Assembly (NCBI GenBank): GCA_964426755.1
Contig: CAYRRR010000002.1
Location: forward strand, 1,459-65,458
Reading direction: 5' to 3'
Origin: an uncultured Candidatus Saccharibacteria bacterium
GTDB taxonomy: Bacteria > Patescibacteriota > Saccharimonadia > Saccharimonadales > JAGQNJ01
Length of the DNA: 64,000 nucleotides
Below, one piece after another: positions 1-9,871 of this stretch. The position numbers and the translations under genes were made by a program. How positions within the stretch are numbered: position 1 is the first letter of the stretch; the number at the start of each line of letters is the position of its first letter. The notes under the pieces are model-generated. The model did no database searches. It was given only the letters and a program-made list of their open reading frames with translations, and was not told the DNA's origin.

Positions 1-81
1 AATCTTTCAGGGTAAGTGTGGTGGCTTTGAAAAAAGCCCAGCTTATCTTGGCGGAAATATATTTTTAAGGAGGCTTTAGAC

Positions 82-1146
82 GTGTCTAAAACCGTAACAA
101 TGGATGACCTATTAGCGTCATCTGAAATTAAACAACTAAAAGCTGGTGACGTTATTGAAGGTACCGTTACCGACGTAAAAAAGAACGAGGTCTGGATTGA
201 TCTTGGTGCTAATGGCGTTGGCGTGGTACTACGCCGCGAAATTAGCGGTGCTCAAAGTCTGGAGAAAGGCAAGCAAGTAACTGTTAGCGTTCTGGAGCCA
301 GAGCTGGACGATGGTTATGTTCTTTTGAGCATGCGTAGGGCCGCTAAAGACCGAGGTTGGGATGAGCTCAAGCGCTTACAAGAAGAGCAAGAGATCATTG
401 AAATTTATCCTTATGATGCCAATCGCGGTGGTCTACTAATTGAGGCAGAAGGCATTCGTGGCTTCTTGCCTGTGTCGCAGTTAGCGGCTGGGCATTATCC
501 GCGCGTATCTGGCGCAGACAAAGATGAGATCCTGCAAAAACTTAACTCGCTCGTAAATAAACCGATTAAGGTGCGCGTGCTAGATGTTAGCAAGAAAGAC
601 AACAAGCTCATTGTGTCTGAGAAAGAGGCCGTGCGTGATGAATTGCAAGATCGTTTTGCAAAGTTGAAGGTTGGCGATGCCGTGAAAGGGGTCATTACAG
701 GTGTAATAGACTTCGGTGCCTTTGTAAATGTTGACGGGATCGAAGGGTTAATTCATATCTCTGAAATCTCATGGGAGCGTGTAGAGAATCCAAAAGACTA
801 CGTTAAGGTGGGGCAGAATATCGAGGCTAAAATTATTGCCATCGATAAAGACCGCTTGTCATTAAGCCTTAAGCAAATGAGTGAGGATCCATGGTTGCAC
901 GAAGTTAAAGCCTTTAAAAAGGATGACACGGTTGAAGGTAAGATTACACGAATTACACCTTTTGGTGCTTTCGTACAGCTTAGCCCTGCAGTTGAGGCCT
1001 TGGTGCATGTATCTGAAATGAGTAATGACGAAAGTGTTGATCCTGAAAAGCTCTTTCAGCTAAACGAGAAAAAGCAATTTAAGGTAATTGACATTGATGT
1101 TGAGGGTCGTAAAATTGCCCTTAGTCTTAAAGACGGTAAGAAGTAA
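82..1146 (+). CDS. rpsA: 30S ribosomal protein S1 (short, about 4 S1 domains)
   Basis: Repeated S1 motifs (GIRGFLPVSQL, FGAFVNVDGIEGLIHISEISW, FGAFVQL..EALVHVSE); AAGGAGG SD upstream. Confidence 0.95.
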   Translation: MSKTVTMDDLLASSEIKQLKAGDVIEGTVTDVKKNEVWIDLGANGVGVVLRREISGAQSLEKGKQVTVSVLEPELDDGYVLLSMRRAAKDRGWDELKRLQEEQEIIEIYPYDANRGGLLIEAEGIRGFLPVSQLAAGHYPRVSGADKDEILQKLNSLVNKPIKVRVLDVSKKDNKLIVSEKEAVRDELQDRFAKLKVGDAVKGVITGVIDFGAFVNVDGIEGLIHISEISWERVENPKDYVKVGQNIEAKIIAIDKDRLSLSLKQMSEDPWLHEVKAFKKDDTVEGKITRITPFGAFVQLSPAVEALVHVSEMSNDESVDPEKLFQLNEKKQFKVIDIDVEGRKIALSLKDGKK

Positions 1147-1194
1147 CATTAGATAGATATGTAGTAGACGTATCATAAGAAAGGAGCGTGGCAC

Positions 1195-2958
1195 ATGGCA
1201 ACAATAGAACTCGATGACATGATAACTGTCGGTGACCTCGCCGAAAAGCTTATGATACCAGTTACGAAGCTTATTGGTGAGCTCATGAAAAACGGTATCA
1301 TGGTGACCGTTAATGAGCGGATTGATTTTGAGACTGCCCAAATTATTACGGGCGAACTGGGGCTGGATGACGTTGAATTAGTGCAAAAGAAACAAGAGGA
1401 TACTCTTGGCAGCGCAAAACGCATGCGAAGCACGAGTGAAGCAGCAACCAGCAGACCACCAGTAGTGGCGGTTATGGGACATGTCGATCATGGAAAAACC
1501 TCTTTACTTGATGCGATTCGTGACGCTACGGTAGTTAATCAAGAAGCAGGCGGTATTACGCAACATATTTCTGCCTATCAGGTTGAACATGCAGATCGAA
1601 AAATAACCTTTTTAGATACACCAGGGCATGAGGCATTTGCAGCTCTCAGAGAGCATGGAGCTCAGTTAACCGATCTAGCAATTATCGTGGTGGCGGCTGA
1701 CGATGGTATTAAGCCGCAAACACTTGAAGCTATCCGTTTTGCGCAAAAAGCCGGCGTGAAAATGATTTTTGCGTTAAATAAGATGGATAAACCAGAAGCA
1801 AACCCCGACCGTGTTAAGCAACAATTGAGCGAACAAAATTTACTTCCTGAAGAGTGGGGCGGCGATACCATTATTGTGCCTGTTTCTGCAAAAAGTAGAG
1901 AGGGCATTCCTGAGCTACTTGATATGGTTCTGTTGGTAGCAGATGTCGAAGACTTAAAAGCGGATGTTGATAGACCGGCACAGGGCTTGGTGATTGAGTC
2001 TCACATGGAAAAGGGTCGTGGGCCCGTAGCAATTGCATTGGTTGAAACCGGAACGCTTAAAAATGGTGATTCGGTTGTGGTGGGTAATACCTATGGGAAG
2101 ATCCGCAATATTGAGTCAACGACCGGTACGCCTCTACATGAAGCAGGGCCATCAACGCCGGTAGTTTTAACTGGCTTTCGGACTTTGCCTGAATTTGGCG
2201 ATGAATTTATAGCGGTAGAGAATGAAAAAGTGGCAAAAAAAACCGCTGAAGATAGGGTGCGTAGTTCTAGCAATTCTTCAAAGATGAATGTAAGTACCAG
2301 TCATGAGTTGCTGCGTATGATAAACCGTAATATTCAAGTTTCAGAATTTAATGTAATCGTCAAAGCAGACGTACAAGGTTCGTTAACATCGGTCGTGGAC
2401 AGTTTAAAGACCCTCGAAAATGAAGAAGTTAGTGTGCGTATTGTCGGCAGTGGCGTTGGCAACATTACTGAAAATGATCTCCAGTTAGCGAGCACCACCG
2501 GTGCAGTAATTTATGGATTTAACGTTACGTTTGCCAATGGTTTGCGTCAGTATGCGGCACGCGACCATATCCAGGTGCGATTATATAAAATAATTTATGA
2601 ACTTATTGATGACGTAAAGCAGGAACTCACTAAACTACTCTCTCCTGAGGTAACCGAGGCTGAACAGGGCCGCTTGGTAGTTAAGGGTGTATTCAAAACC
2701 ACTAAAACAGAGGTTATCTGTGGCGGTGAGGTCACTAAAGGAAAGCTAATTGTCCCGGCGCTAGCTAGAATTGAGCGTGATGGTGAGCAACTAGCTGAAG
2801 CTGAGGTAGTAGGTCTCAAGCGTGGACCGCAGGATGTAAAAGAAGTACAGACCGGTGAGATGTGCGGTGTGCTTTTAAAGACATCTGAAAAGCTCGAACT
2901 ACAAGAGGGCGATCGTATTGAAGTTTACACTCGTCAAGAGGTTACTCGAACGCTCTAG
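1195..2958 (+). CDS. infB: Translation initiation factor IF-2 (short N-terminus)
   Basis: RPPVVAVMGHVDHGKTSLLD, DTPGHEAF, NKMD GTPase motifs; KADVQGS. Confidence 0.98.
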   Translation: MATIELDDMITVGDLAEKLMIPVTKLIGELMKNGIMVTVNERIDFETAQIITGELGLDDVELVQKKQEDTLGSAKRMRSTSEAATSRPPVVAVMGHVDHGKTSLLDAIRDATVVNQEAGGITQHISAYQVEHADRKITFLDTPGHEAFAALREHGAQLTDLAIIVVAADDGIKPQTLEAIRFAQKAGVKMIFALNKMDKPEANPDRVKQQLSEQNLLPEEWGGDTIIVPVSAKSREGIPELLDMVLLVADVEDLKADVDRPAQGLVIESHMEKGRGPVAIALVETGTLKNGDSVVVGNTYGKIRNIESTTGTPLHEAGPSTPVVLTGFRTLPEFGDEFIAVENEKVAKKTAEDRVRSSSNSSKMNVSTSHELLRMINRNIQVSEFNVIVKADVQGSLTSVVDSLKTLENEEVSVRIVGSGVGNITENDLQLASTTGAVIYGFNVTFANGLRQYAARDHIQVRLYKIIYELIDDVKQELTKLLSPEVTEAEQGRLVVKGVFKTTKTEVICGGEVTKGKLIVPALARIERDGEQLAEAEVVGLKRGPQDVKEVQTGEMCGVLLKTSEKLELQEGDRIEVYTRQEVTRTL

Positions 2959-2982
2959 GATACCCATAACGACGGTACGCGT

Positions 2983-4377
2983 ATGGAAGATAAAAGTCCG
3001 TTTATACCCCAAGAAGCAAAATTTTCAGCTCTTGAAAATTTGGATGATGACGCACAAGCACCAGAAAAGAAAGACAAAAAGAAAAAAAGTCGATTGTCTG
3101 AATGGTTGTCTAAGTTTTTACGACCCAGGGTCGATGAAGACACATCGCCAGAGGCTGACAAAAAACGAGAAAAAACATGGCGAGTAACAGAAGCATTTAA
3201 AAACCTATTCAGCCGTGCCACTGGGGTTGAAACAGACGAGCTGCCAGAAGGTGACTCGCCTGAACCCGAGCGCAGTCTTGCTGGTGAACGATCGCTTTAT
3301 TTTCCATTGACGACCGAGCTATTGCCGAAGCCGGTTGGCGAGGCGCAGTTGTCTTATGACAAGCCGGCAGAGACTGAGTACCAAGCGTCGGAGTCGGCAA
3401 CGAAAGACGAAATACCTCTGTACGATGGCAGCGTTGAAGTTCCACAAGACAATAGTGAGGCTGATAATCCTGACAATGTGACAATCGAGCACAAACCAGA
3501 TCGCATATCTGATCAAACAAAACCCATTAGTACTATAGAGTCAACGCCACTGCGAGAACAGCAAGTGTTTACGCCGCATAGACATGAATCGCAACCAAGA
3601 GCAGAAAAAGAAGTAGTTGTTGAACGCGGTGGCGGCGGGGGTGCGGCTCTGCTCGGTTTTGTTGCCGCGGAAACACTAAGTCGTTCACGTGATGCAAAAA
3701 TTCGACGAGAAGCAGAAGTATTAAAGAAACAAGTCGACCAGTTGGAAAAGAATCAAACCTTTCAATCGCATGAATTAAATGAGGTACGAGACAAAAACCG
3801 TGAGCAAGTTGAGGCATTGCGTGAGCGTCGGCTTGACTCTAGGAGTGAACGTGAAACGATCATTAATCATAATAAACGTGAAGAGACTCTTACGCAGCCT
3901 ACGCAAGCACGTGAGACAGTGGTATTCGAACGAGCTGAACGTGATGATGTCCAACAAAACGAGTCAGCAAAAAGACAGCCAGAACACCGAGGATCTATAG
4001 CTAAAGTCCGTACAGAAGCTGTTCCTGAATCGAGGCCGCATCCAAAAAGTGAAGAGCTCGTATTCGATCAGATCGAACAGGCAGCCGAGCGAGATATTCC
4101 GCTTGAGTCCTATTATGAACGCCGGCATGAAGCAAAGGACGTTCCTACGTCACCACATGTAGCTCCAGCAATGTCAGATGGTGGATATCTTGCCGGAGCA
4201 ACCAACGTGCCTGATCGATCTGACGCTGTTCTATCGGAAACCAAACACGCACTCAGCCCTTCTTCTCGTTCGCAAGCTAATGATCTTTATGTGCAAGCAG
4301 CCAAGCAGGGCGTATTTGCCGGCCTGATAGCTATTGTTAGTTTTCTGATAATAGTGTTTATTTGGAGTTTGCGATGA
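2983..4377 (+). CDS. Hypothetical charged/disordered protein with coiled coil and C-terminal TM anchor
   Basis: 464-aa ORF rich in E/P/R; GGGGGAALLGFV segment; terminal hydrophobic helix GVFAGLIAIVSFLIIVFIW. Confidence 0.75.
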   Translation: MEDKSPFIPQEAKFSALENLDDDAQAPEKKDKKKKSRLSEWLSKFLRPRVDEDTSPEADKKREKTWRVTEAFKNLFSRATGVETDELPEGDSPEPERSLAGERSLYFPLTTELLPKPVGEAQLSYDKPAETEYQASESATKDEIPLYDGSVEVPQDNSEADNPDNVTIEHKPDRISDQTKPISTIESTPLREQQVFTPHRHESQPRAEKEVVVERGGGGGAALLGFVAAETLSRSRDAKIRREAEVLKKQVDQLEKNQTFQSHELNEVRDKNREQVEALRERRLDSRSERETIINHNKREETLTQPTQARETVVFERAERDDVQQNESAKRQPEHRGSIAKVRTEAVPESRPHPKSEELVFDQIEQAAERDIPLESYYERRHEAKDVPTSPHVAPAMSDGGYLAGATNVPDRSDAVLSETKHALSPSSRSQANDLYVQAAKQGVFAGLIAIVSFLIIVFIWSLR

Positions 4378-4417
4378 AGTTAGTAAGATTGATACAATAA
4401 GACGCAAGGGAGAATAA

Positions 4418-4792
4418 ATGTTTAAACTGGATAATAATTTTTTAATAGAACTTGGCCTTGGTGACCTACCGCCGCATGAGAAAAACCTTATGCTACGCCA
4501 TATCTATGATGTACTAGAATTAAACGTAGGGACACGGTTGGCAGAAAAAATGAGCAACCAACAATTAGAAGAATTTGAGCAACTTATGCCCGCGCAAACT
4601 GATACGAACGAACAAAAACAACAAAAAGAAAAAGCCGCTCTTGGCTGGCTTGAAACTAACTTCCCAAATTATAAGCAAATAGTTGCCGATGAATTAGAAA
4701 AGCTTAAAAATGAAATTAAACAGGCGGCACCACAGATTTTAGCAGCTAGCCAACAATCTCAAGAACAGGCCCCGCCCGCACCAACTGTCTAG
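4418..4792 (+). CDS. CPR-type small helical protein (DUF5663-like)
   Basis: MFKLDNNFL..LGLGDLP..EK..ML..IYDVLELNVG..L..PNYKQIV.DEL pattern typical of CPR proteins; SD GGGAG. Confidence 0.7.
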   Translation: MFKLDNNFLIELGLGDLPPHEKNLMLRHIYDVLELNVGTRLAEKMSNQQLEEFEQLMPAQTDTNEQKQQKEKAALGWLETNFPNYKQIVADELEKLKNEIKQAAPQILAASQQSQEQAPPAPTV

Positions 4793-5715
4793 GGCTTTTT
4801 ATTATAATAGCCGCTCAGAAATGCTTTGATAGTCATCTCTTTTTTGCCGGCCGGTTTAAGTTTCTCAATACGCAGTGATCCATTTGAGGTCGCGACTGAC
4901 AGTGAAGCTGCTTCAGGTGTAACCGTTACATCGCCCGGAGCATCATCAGTGCTAATATTTGGGACAGTGTGTGCTTTGGTAATAATGACATCTTTGCCAA
5001 ATAAAGTTGTGCGACTGCCTGGCCAGTCAAGGTACGCACGTATCTCGCGTTCAATTTGTTCTGCAGGTTTATGCCAATCAATAATGCCGTCTTGCTTTGT
5101 TAGTTTTCTTGAATAAGTTGCTCTGTCTGGGTGCGGTTGCTGCCTAGGCTTGACCTCGCCTTTTATATATCTCGGTACATATTCGGCTAATAACTGGTGA
5201 CTGAGTATGATTAGCAGCTTGGTTAGTTCGGGCGTAGTGATTGATGCCGGCATAGCAAGAGTTTTTTGGGCAATAAGCTTGCCGGTATCCATACCGGCAT
5301 CAATAATCATTAAGCTTACACCGGTTTTAGTATCACCTGATAAAATTGCAAAGCTAATCGGATCGGCGCCGCGCCATCGAGGTAGAAGTGAAAAATGACT
5401 ATTAATAATTCCAAGTTCAAAATAATTAATGACTTTCTGACTGACAATAATGCCAAAATCAATTAAAATTGCCACTTCGCTCTTTAGCTGTCGGCTATCA
5501 ATCAAGTTATCAAGCTCGGCTTTATTTTGAGCCGTAAATGTTGGTAGCTGGAGCTGCTCGGCAGTTTCAATAACTGGTACTGAGCCTTTGTGATGTGAAG
5601 GGCGCGGTTTTGTTATCACTGCTTCGATAGAAAAATCAGCAGCTAGGAGCCGCAGCGACTCAGCGGCAACCGGTCCGCTACCAAAGAATACTATTGGCTT
5701 TGATATCTTTTTCAT
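4789..5715 (-). CDS. fmt: Methionyl-tRNA formyltransferase
   Basis: IVFFGS, INSHFSLLPRWRGADPI, MDTG; overlaps def. Confidence 0.95.
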   Translation of the reverse strand: MKKISKPIVFFGSGPVAAESLRLLAADFSIEAVITKPRPSHHKGSVPVIETAEQLQLPTFTAQNKAELDNLIDSRQLKSEVAILIDFGIIVSQKVINYFELGIINSHFSLLPRWRGADPISFAILSGDTKTGVSLMIIDAGMDTGKLIAQKTLAMPASITTPELTKLLIILSHQLLAEYVPRYIKGEVKPRQQPHPDRATYSRKLTKQDGIIDWHKPAEQIEREIRAYLDWPGSRTTLFGKDVIITKAHTVPNISTDDAPGDVTVTPEAASLSVATSNGSLRIEKLKPAGKKEMTIKAFLSGYYNKKP

Positions 5716-6247
5716 AATCAAGTTGGCTTAGCTCTCCGTTCGCTTCAAGTTTAAAGAAAGCATCAGATTTAGTCTTAATATGATCGATAAATAGCATGCC
5801 CTTTGTATGGTCAATTTCATGCTGAAAAATACGAGCCAAGAAACCTTCGGCTGTAATTCTAAATTCTTTGCCGTGTTCGTTCAGAGCCTTTACTTTTACC
5901 TTTGCGTAGCGGGGTACTTTGCCGTAAATATCTTTTATGCTTAAGCAGCCTTCAAAGTCTTCAATAATTTTACCCTCATATTTAGTAATTTCAGGATTTA
6001 TAAAGACGATAAAATTTCGGTTATCTTTATGCTCAGTATCTTCACGTATGATAACGATACGGAGAAGTTGATCAATTTGAACACCGGCCAAAGCTACGCC
6101 AACTTCATGTTCTCGTGCATCTTCCCAGTCTAGGGTGGTTTGCTTCATGTCCTCGATAATTTGCTTAATATCACTCGAAATGATACCTACTTTTTGTGAA
6201 CGTTGACGCAAGTGTTCATGGGGCAGGGTGATTAATTTAGATTTCAT
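5678..6247 (-). CDS. def: Peptide deformylase
   Basis: GVALAGVQI, EGCLS, QHEIDH motifs. Confidence 0.97.
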   Translation of the reverse strand: MKSKLITLPHEHLRQRSQKVGIISSDIKQIIEDMKQTTLDWEDAREHEVGVALAGVQIDQLLRIVIIREDTEHKDNRNFIVFINPEITKYEGKIIEDFEGCLSIKDIYGKVPRYAKVKVKALNEHGKEFRITAEGFLARIFQHEIDHTKGMLFIDHIKTKSDAFFKLEANGELSQLDYEKDIKANSILW

Positions 6248-6279
6248 TGCTTCGGCATATTATAGACTATAATGGTCTT

Positions 6280-8220
6280 TTATAACAGATGAGTAGGATC
6301 GATATCGTGTCTCCATCCGCTTGGCAGACTGCTAGCAATGGCAAGTAAGGAAGAGCGGTATGGTGATTTTACTACTAGCTGCCATCGGTAATTACCTTTA
6401 TGCTGTTCGTAGAATGAAGGTGTGGGCCCCAGAATAGAGATGTGCTCTCTCGAGAGAAGCTGAGCCTTAAGCGCGGTAGCAGCTCTTTGTGCTGCAGCGC
6501 GACTTTTTCTCGTAACTTCTAATTTGAGGAGGAAGCTAAACGGCGGAAAGCCATGTGTTTTACGGTGTGCGATTTGATCACTATAGAAATCATCCCAATT
6601 TTTATTGATTGCTTGTTGAATAAGTCGGCTATCAGGATCCAGAGTTTGAATGATAATACGACCATGAACGTGGCCACGGCCTACTCGGCCGATAGCTTGA
6701 CTGATTAGCTGGTAGGTGCGTTCCTCGGCTGTAAAATCAGGGAAGGAGAGGCTGGTGTCGGCGTCAGTAACCCCTACTAAACCCAAGCGGGGAATATCGA
6801 AGCCTTTGACCAAAATTTGTGTGCCAATTATGATATCGATTTTTCCGTCTTTAATGCGTTCAACTTGTTTGTCTAGTCGCTCGCTGGTTAGGTTATCACC
6901 GTCAAAACGGGCAATAGTTGCATTTTCAAACAGGTGCCTACATTCTTTCTCGAGTGCCTTTGTACCAGGTCCTAAAAACAATATGTCAGTATACGAGCAT
7001 TCAGGACAAGCGCTCGGCGCATTCGTTTTATATCCGCAGGTGTGACAGCGGAGCAAAAAGGTATCTTCATGGAGTGTAAGAGGCAAGTCACAGTGAGGGC
7101 ACCGTGCTCTCCAGCCACAATTGGGGCACATAATGATTCGGGCGCTTCCACGACGATTAAGAAATAAGAGTGATTGTTGCTTCGCTGTCAATTGTTCTCG
7201 TATGGCTTCAATCAGCGTATTGCTGAGGGCGCTCGATTGAGAGAACTCTTTTTTATCTAACCTGTTAACGATAGAAGTTTCGGTTTGGAGGGAAGCCTGC
7301 GTAATGGCACGTTCTGTTAAGCGAAGGATGGGGATGTCTTTTTGGTTTGCAATATATATATCGCTAATTTGGGGTGTGGCTGATCCAAAAATGACGCGAG
7401 CGTTGTGCAAAAACCCTAAGCGAGAAGCCACCCGCAATGCGTGGTACTGGGGTGCATTATCTTGTTTGTAGCTGTCGTCGTGACACTCGTCAACGATTAT
7501 GCAACCGAGGTTTTTAAACGGAGCAAAGAGTGCAGAACGAGGCCCAATTATAATCTGAGGAAGCGGGTTTTCTAAGATTTCTTGCCAGACGGCACGTCGT
7601 TGGGCGGGAGTTAAGCCGGAATGAATTACTTTAAGAGTTGAGGGACTAAAGGCAACTGATAAATCGGTTAATAAATGTGTTGTGAGTCCAATTTCGGGTA
7701 CCAGAACAAGTCCTGATTTATTGCGTCGTAAAGCATGTTGGAGCAACTCGATATAAATACGTGTTTTGCCGGTTGCGGTGTCACCGTGAAGAATGGTGGT
7801 ACCTTCGTGTTGCAAAATTGTATCGACAGCTTGTTGTTGCTTATTTGTAAGCGAGGGCAGCGGCTGGCTTGATTTTGCCGTATGCGTAATAGCTTGAGTC
7901 CGGGGTTTGGCTGGCCAATTAGATGGTAAAAATAACTGGGAAATACTTCCCGAGCTGGCCGGATAATAGCTGTTCATCCAATCAAGTAATCGCAAGCTTT
8001 CTAACGGCAGCTTACGATCAGCGCTAATTACCGCTTCAATTGGCTTGAGTGATATGCCTTTTGGCGCGGGGGCAGTCCGTTTAATCACACCAATTACATC
8101 ACGACGTCGTAAATTTATGCGGACAATACTACCCGGTAAGAGTACTTCAGGTGATGTATAGGTAAGGGGTGTTTTACCGTGGTAGGCGGTACTTCGTACC
8201 CAAACTTCATAGGTGTGCAT
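6280..8220 (-). CDS. priA: Primosomal protein N' (PriA helicase)
   Basis: GDTATGKT, DECH, Cys-rich CPNC..CPHC..CHTC..CPEC region, GRVGR; ATG 8220 preferred (TATAAT 7 nt upstream). Confidence 0.95.
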   Translation of the reverse strand: MHTYEVWVRSTAYHGKTPLTYTSPEVLLPGSIVRINLRRRDVIGVIKRTAPAPKGISLKPIEAVISADRKLPLESLRLLDWMNSYYPASSGSISQLFLPSNWPAKPRTQAITHTAKSSQPLPSLTNKQQQAVDTILQHEGTTILHGDTATGKTRIYIELLQHALRRNKSGLVLVPEIGLTTHLLTDLSVAFSPSTLKVIHSGLTPAQRRAVWQEILENPLPQIIIGPRSALFAPFKNLGCIIVDECHDDSYKQDNAPQYHALRVASRLGFLHNARVIFGSATPQISDIYIANQKDIPILRLTERAITQASLQTETSIVNRLDKKEFSQSSALSNTLIEAIREQLTAKQQSLLFLNRRGSARIIMCPNCGWRARCPHCDLPLTLHEDTFLLRCHTCGYKTNAPSACPECSYTDILFLGPGTKALEKECRHLFENATIARFDGDNLTSERLDKQVERIKDGKIDIIIGTQILVKGFDIPRLGLVGVTDADTSLSFPDFTAEERTYQLISQAIGRVGRGHVHGRIIIQTLDPDSRLIQQAINKNWDDFYSDQIAHRKTHGFPPFSFLLKLEVTRKSRAAAQRAATALKAQLLSREHISILGPTPSFYEQHKGNYRWQLVVKSPYRSSLLAIASSLPSGWRHDIDPTHLL

Positions 8221-8311
8221 AGTAGCTATTATAAGAGACAATGACACAAAAGGTTGAAAAACTAGCACAAGTCGCTATACTACATATACAGCGTTGTTCT
8301 AATAACAATAG

Positions 8312-8614
8312 ATGCTTATGCTAGATACATTTATCACATCACGAGTGAGGAGGAAGATCGTAGTCGTGTACGCTAAGTACCCTGACTTTAAAACTCACGT
8401 TCGTGGTCTTGCCAAATTAATTAAAGAAGATGCTGGTAATATTCAGCGCGAGCTTAAAAAATTAGAAAAGATAGGCTTTTTAATTTCTGAAAAACAAGGC
8501 AACACGAAAACGTATTATACGAACAAGCACTTCATAATCTTTAAAGAACTCCAAAGTATCGTGTTGAAATCACAGCGCGTAAGCCAAACCCGTAAGAACG
8601 AAGCAAGTCGCTAA
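8312..8614 (+). CDS. Small winged-helix (ArsR/MarR-like) DNA-binding protein
   Basis: HVRGLAKLIKEDAGNIQRELKKLEKIGFL..EKQGNTKTYY wHTH pattern. Confidence 0.75.
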   Translation: MLMLDTFITSRVRRKIVVVYAKYPDFKTHVRGLAKLIKEDAGNIQRELKKLEKIGFLISEKQGNTKTYYTNKHFIIFKELQSIVLKSQRVSQTRKNEASR

Positions 8615-8651
8615 TTTGCAATATTTCATCTGTTAGAGTACAATATATCGC

Positions 8652-8867
8652 ATGATTCAAGTTACACGTAAAGATGCCAAAGAATCGGCAGAAAACCTAC
8701 TTCGCCGTTTCACCCGTAAGGTTCAGCAATCGGGTGTCATGGCGGTTGCCAAAAAAAATCAATATTTTGAAAAACCTATGAGTAAAAGTGAGCGCCGCAG
8801 GCGAGCAATTATTCGCAACGAGCGTAAGAACCTAAAAGTTAAGCGCGTAAAATTAAGCCAGCGGTAA
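8652..8867 (+). CDS. rpsU: 30S ribosomal protein S21
   Basis: ESAENLLRRFTRKVQQSG..YFEKP.SKSERRR; followed by yqeY. Confidence 0.85.
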   Translation: MIQVTRKDAKESAENLLRRFTRKVQQSGVMAVAKKNQYFEKPMSKSERRRRAIIRNERKNLKVKRVKLSQR

Positions 8868-9328
8868 TGGGTTTAAAAAGCCAAATAGATCATGATCTCA
8901 AACAAGCTTTACTGGGTGGAGATAAATTAAAAGCAAACACGCTCCGTGGTCTTAAGAGCGCTATTTTAAATGAGGAGATCGCTCGAGGGGTTCGAGAGCC
9001 TGGACTCGATGAAGACAGTATAATCCTCTGCCTTAAAAAAGAGGTGAAAAAACGACAAGAAGCTGCTTTGCTTTATGAAAAGGCCGGCTCAATTGATCGG
9101 GCGCAGCAAGAGCAGACCGAGCAGCGCATTATTGAGGAATATCTGCCGGCTGCTTTATCAGATGATGAAATTACTCGCTTAGTGAATGAGGCTATAGCGC
9201 GTCAAGAAACCCTAACAGCTGCTTCAATGGGTGCTATTATTGGTTATGTAAAAAAGGCTGCCGGTCCGGCGGCTGATGGCGCTATCATTGCTCGTATCGC
9301 CAAAGAGAAATTACAGGAGAAGTTGTAA
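8867..9328 (+). CDS. GatB/YqeY domain protein
   Basis: LKSQI..DLKQAL, KKEVKKRQEA..YE, YLP..LS, MGAII, ADG; rpsU-yqeY synteny. Confidence 0.9.
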   Translation: MGLKSQIDHDLKQALLGGDKLKANTLRGLKSAILNEEIARGVREPGLDEDSIILCLKKEVKKRQEAALLYEKAGSIDRAQQEQTEQRIIEEYLPAALSDDEITRLVNEAIARQETLTAASMGAIIGYVKKAAGPAADGAIIARIAKEKLQEKL

Positions 9329-9329
9329 G

Positions 9330-9869
9330 ATGATTATTTTTGCGGGAGTAGCAGGATCAGGTAAAAGCTTGCAAGGCAAGCTATTGGCCGATCGTCTAGG
9401 GCTGCCTTGGCTTTCTACCGGTGAATTCTTACGTATGCTTATAACTGGCAAGCGTCGTCAAGATATGCTTGACGGAAAGTTATTGAGTGACCGCGAAACA
9501 ATAGAGTTGGTACAGAAAATCTTTACCCTTATCGACACAAAAAAAGAATTTGTGTTGGATGGTTTTCCACGTACCGAAGCACAAGCTGATTGGCTATTGA
9601 GTCAAGTTAAGCACGGGCAGCTTGCAATAACAGGAATTATACACTTACAGGCCAGTCAGACCGCTGTTAAAAAACGTTTACTATCTCGCGGAAGACAAGA
9701 TGATACAGAAAAAGCAATCACGGCACGCTTTCAAGAGTATGAGCATGCAATAAAGCCAATCCTTGAAGATTTTAATAAGGTCGGTATACCTGTACATGAA
9801 ATCAATGGTCAACAGTCAATTGAAGCAGTCCATAATGATATAAAACGTGCTTTAGCTCAGAAATCATAG
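9330..9869 (+). CDS. adk: Adenylate/NMP kinase, short LID-less type
   Basis: GVAGSGKS P-loop, STGEFLR, LDGFPRT, RGRQDD; precedes map. Confidence 0.88.
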   Translation: MIIFAGVAGSGKSLQGKLLADRLGLPWLSTGEFLRMLITGKRRQDMLDGKLLSDRETIELVQKIFTLIDTKKEFVLDGFPRTEAQADWLLSQVKHGQLAITGIIHLQASQTAVKKRLLSRGRQDDTEKAITARFQEYEHAIKPILEDFNKVGIPVHEINGQQSIEAVHNDIKRALAQKS

Positions 9870-9871
9870 CT

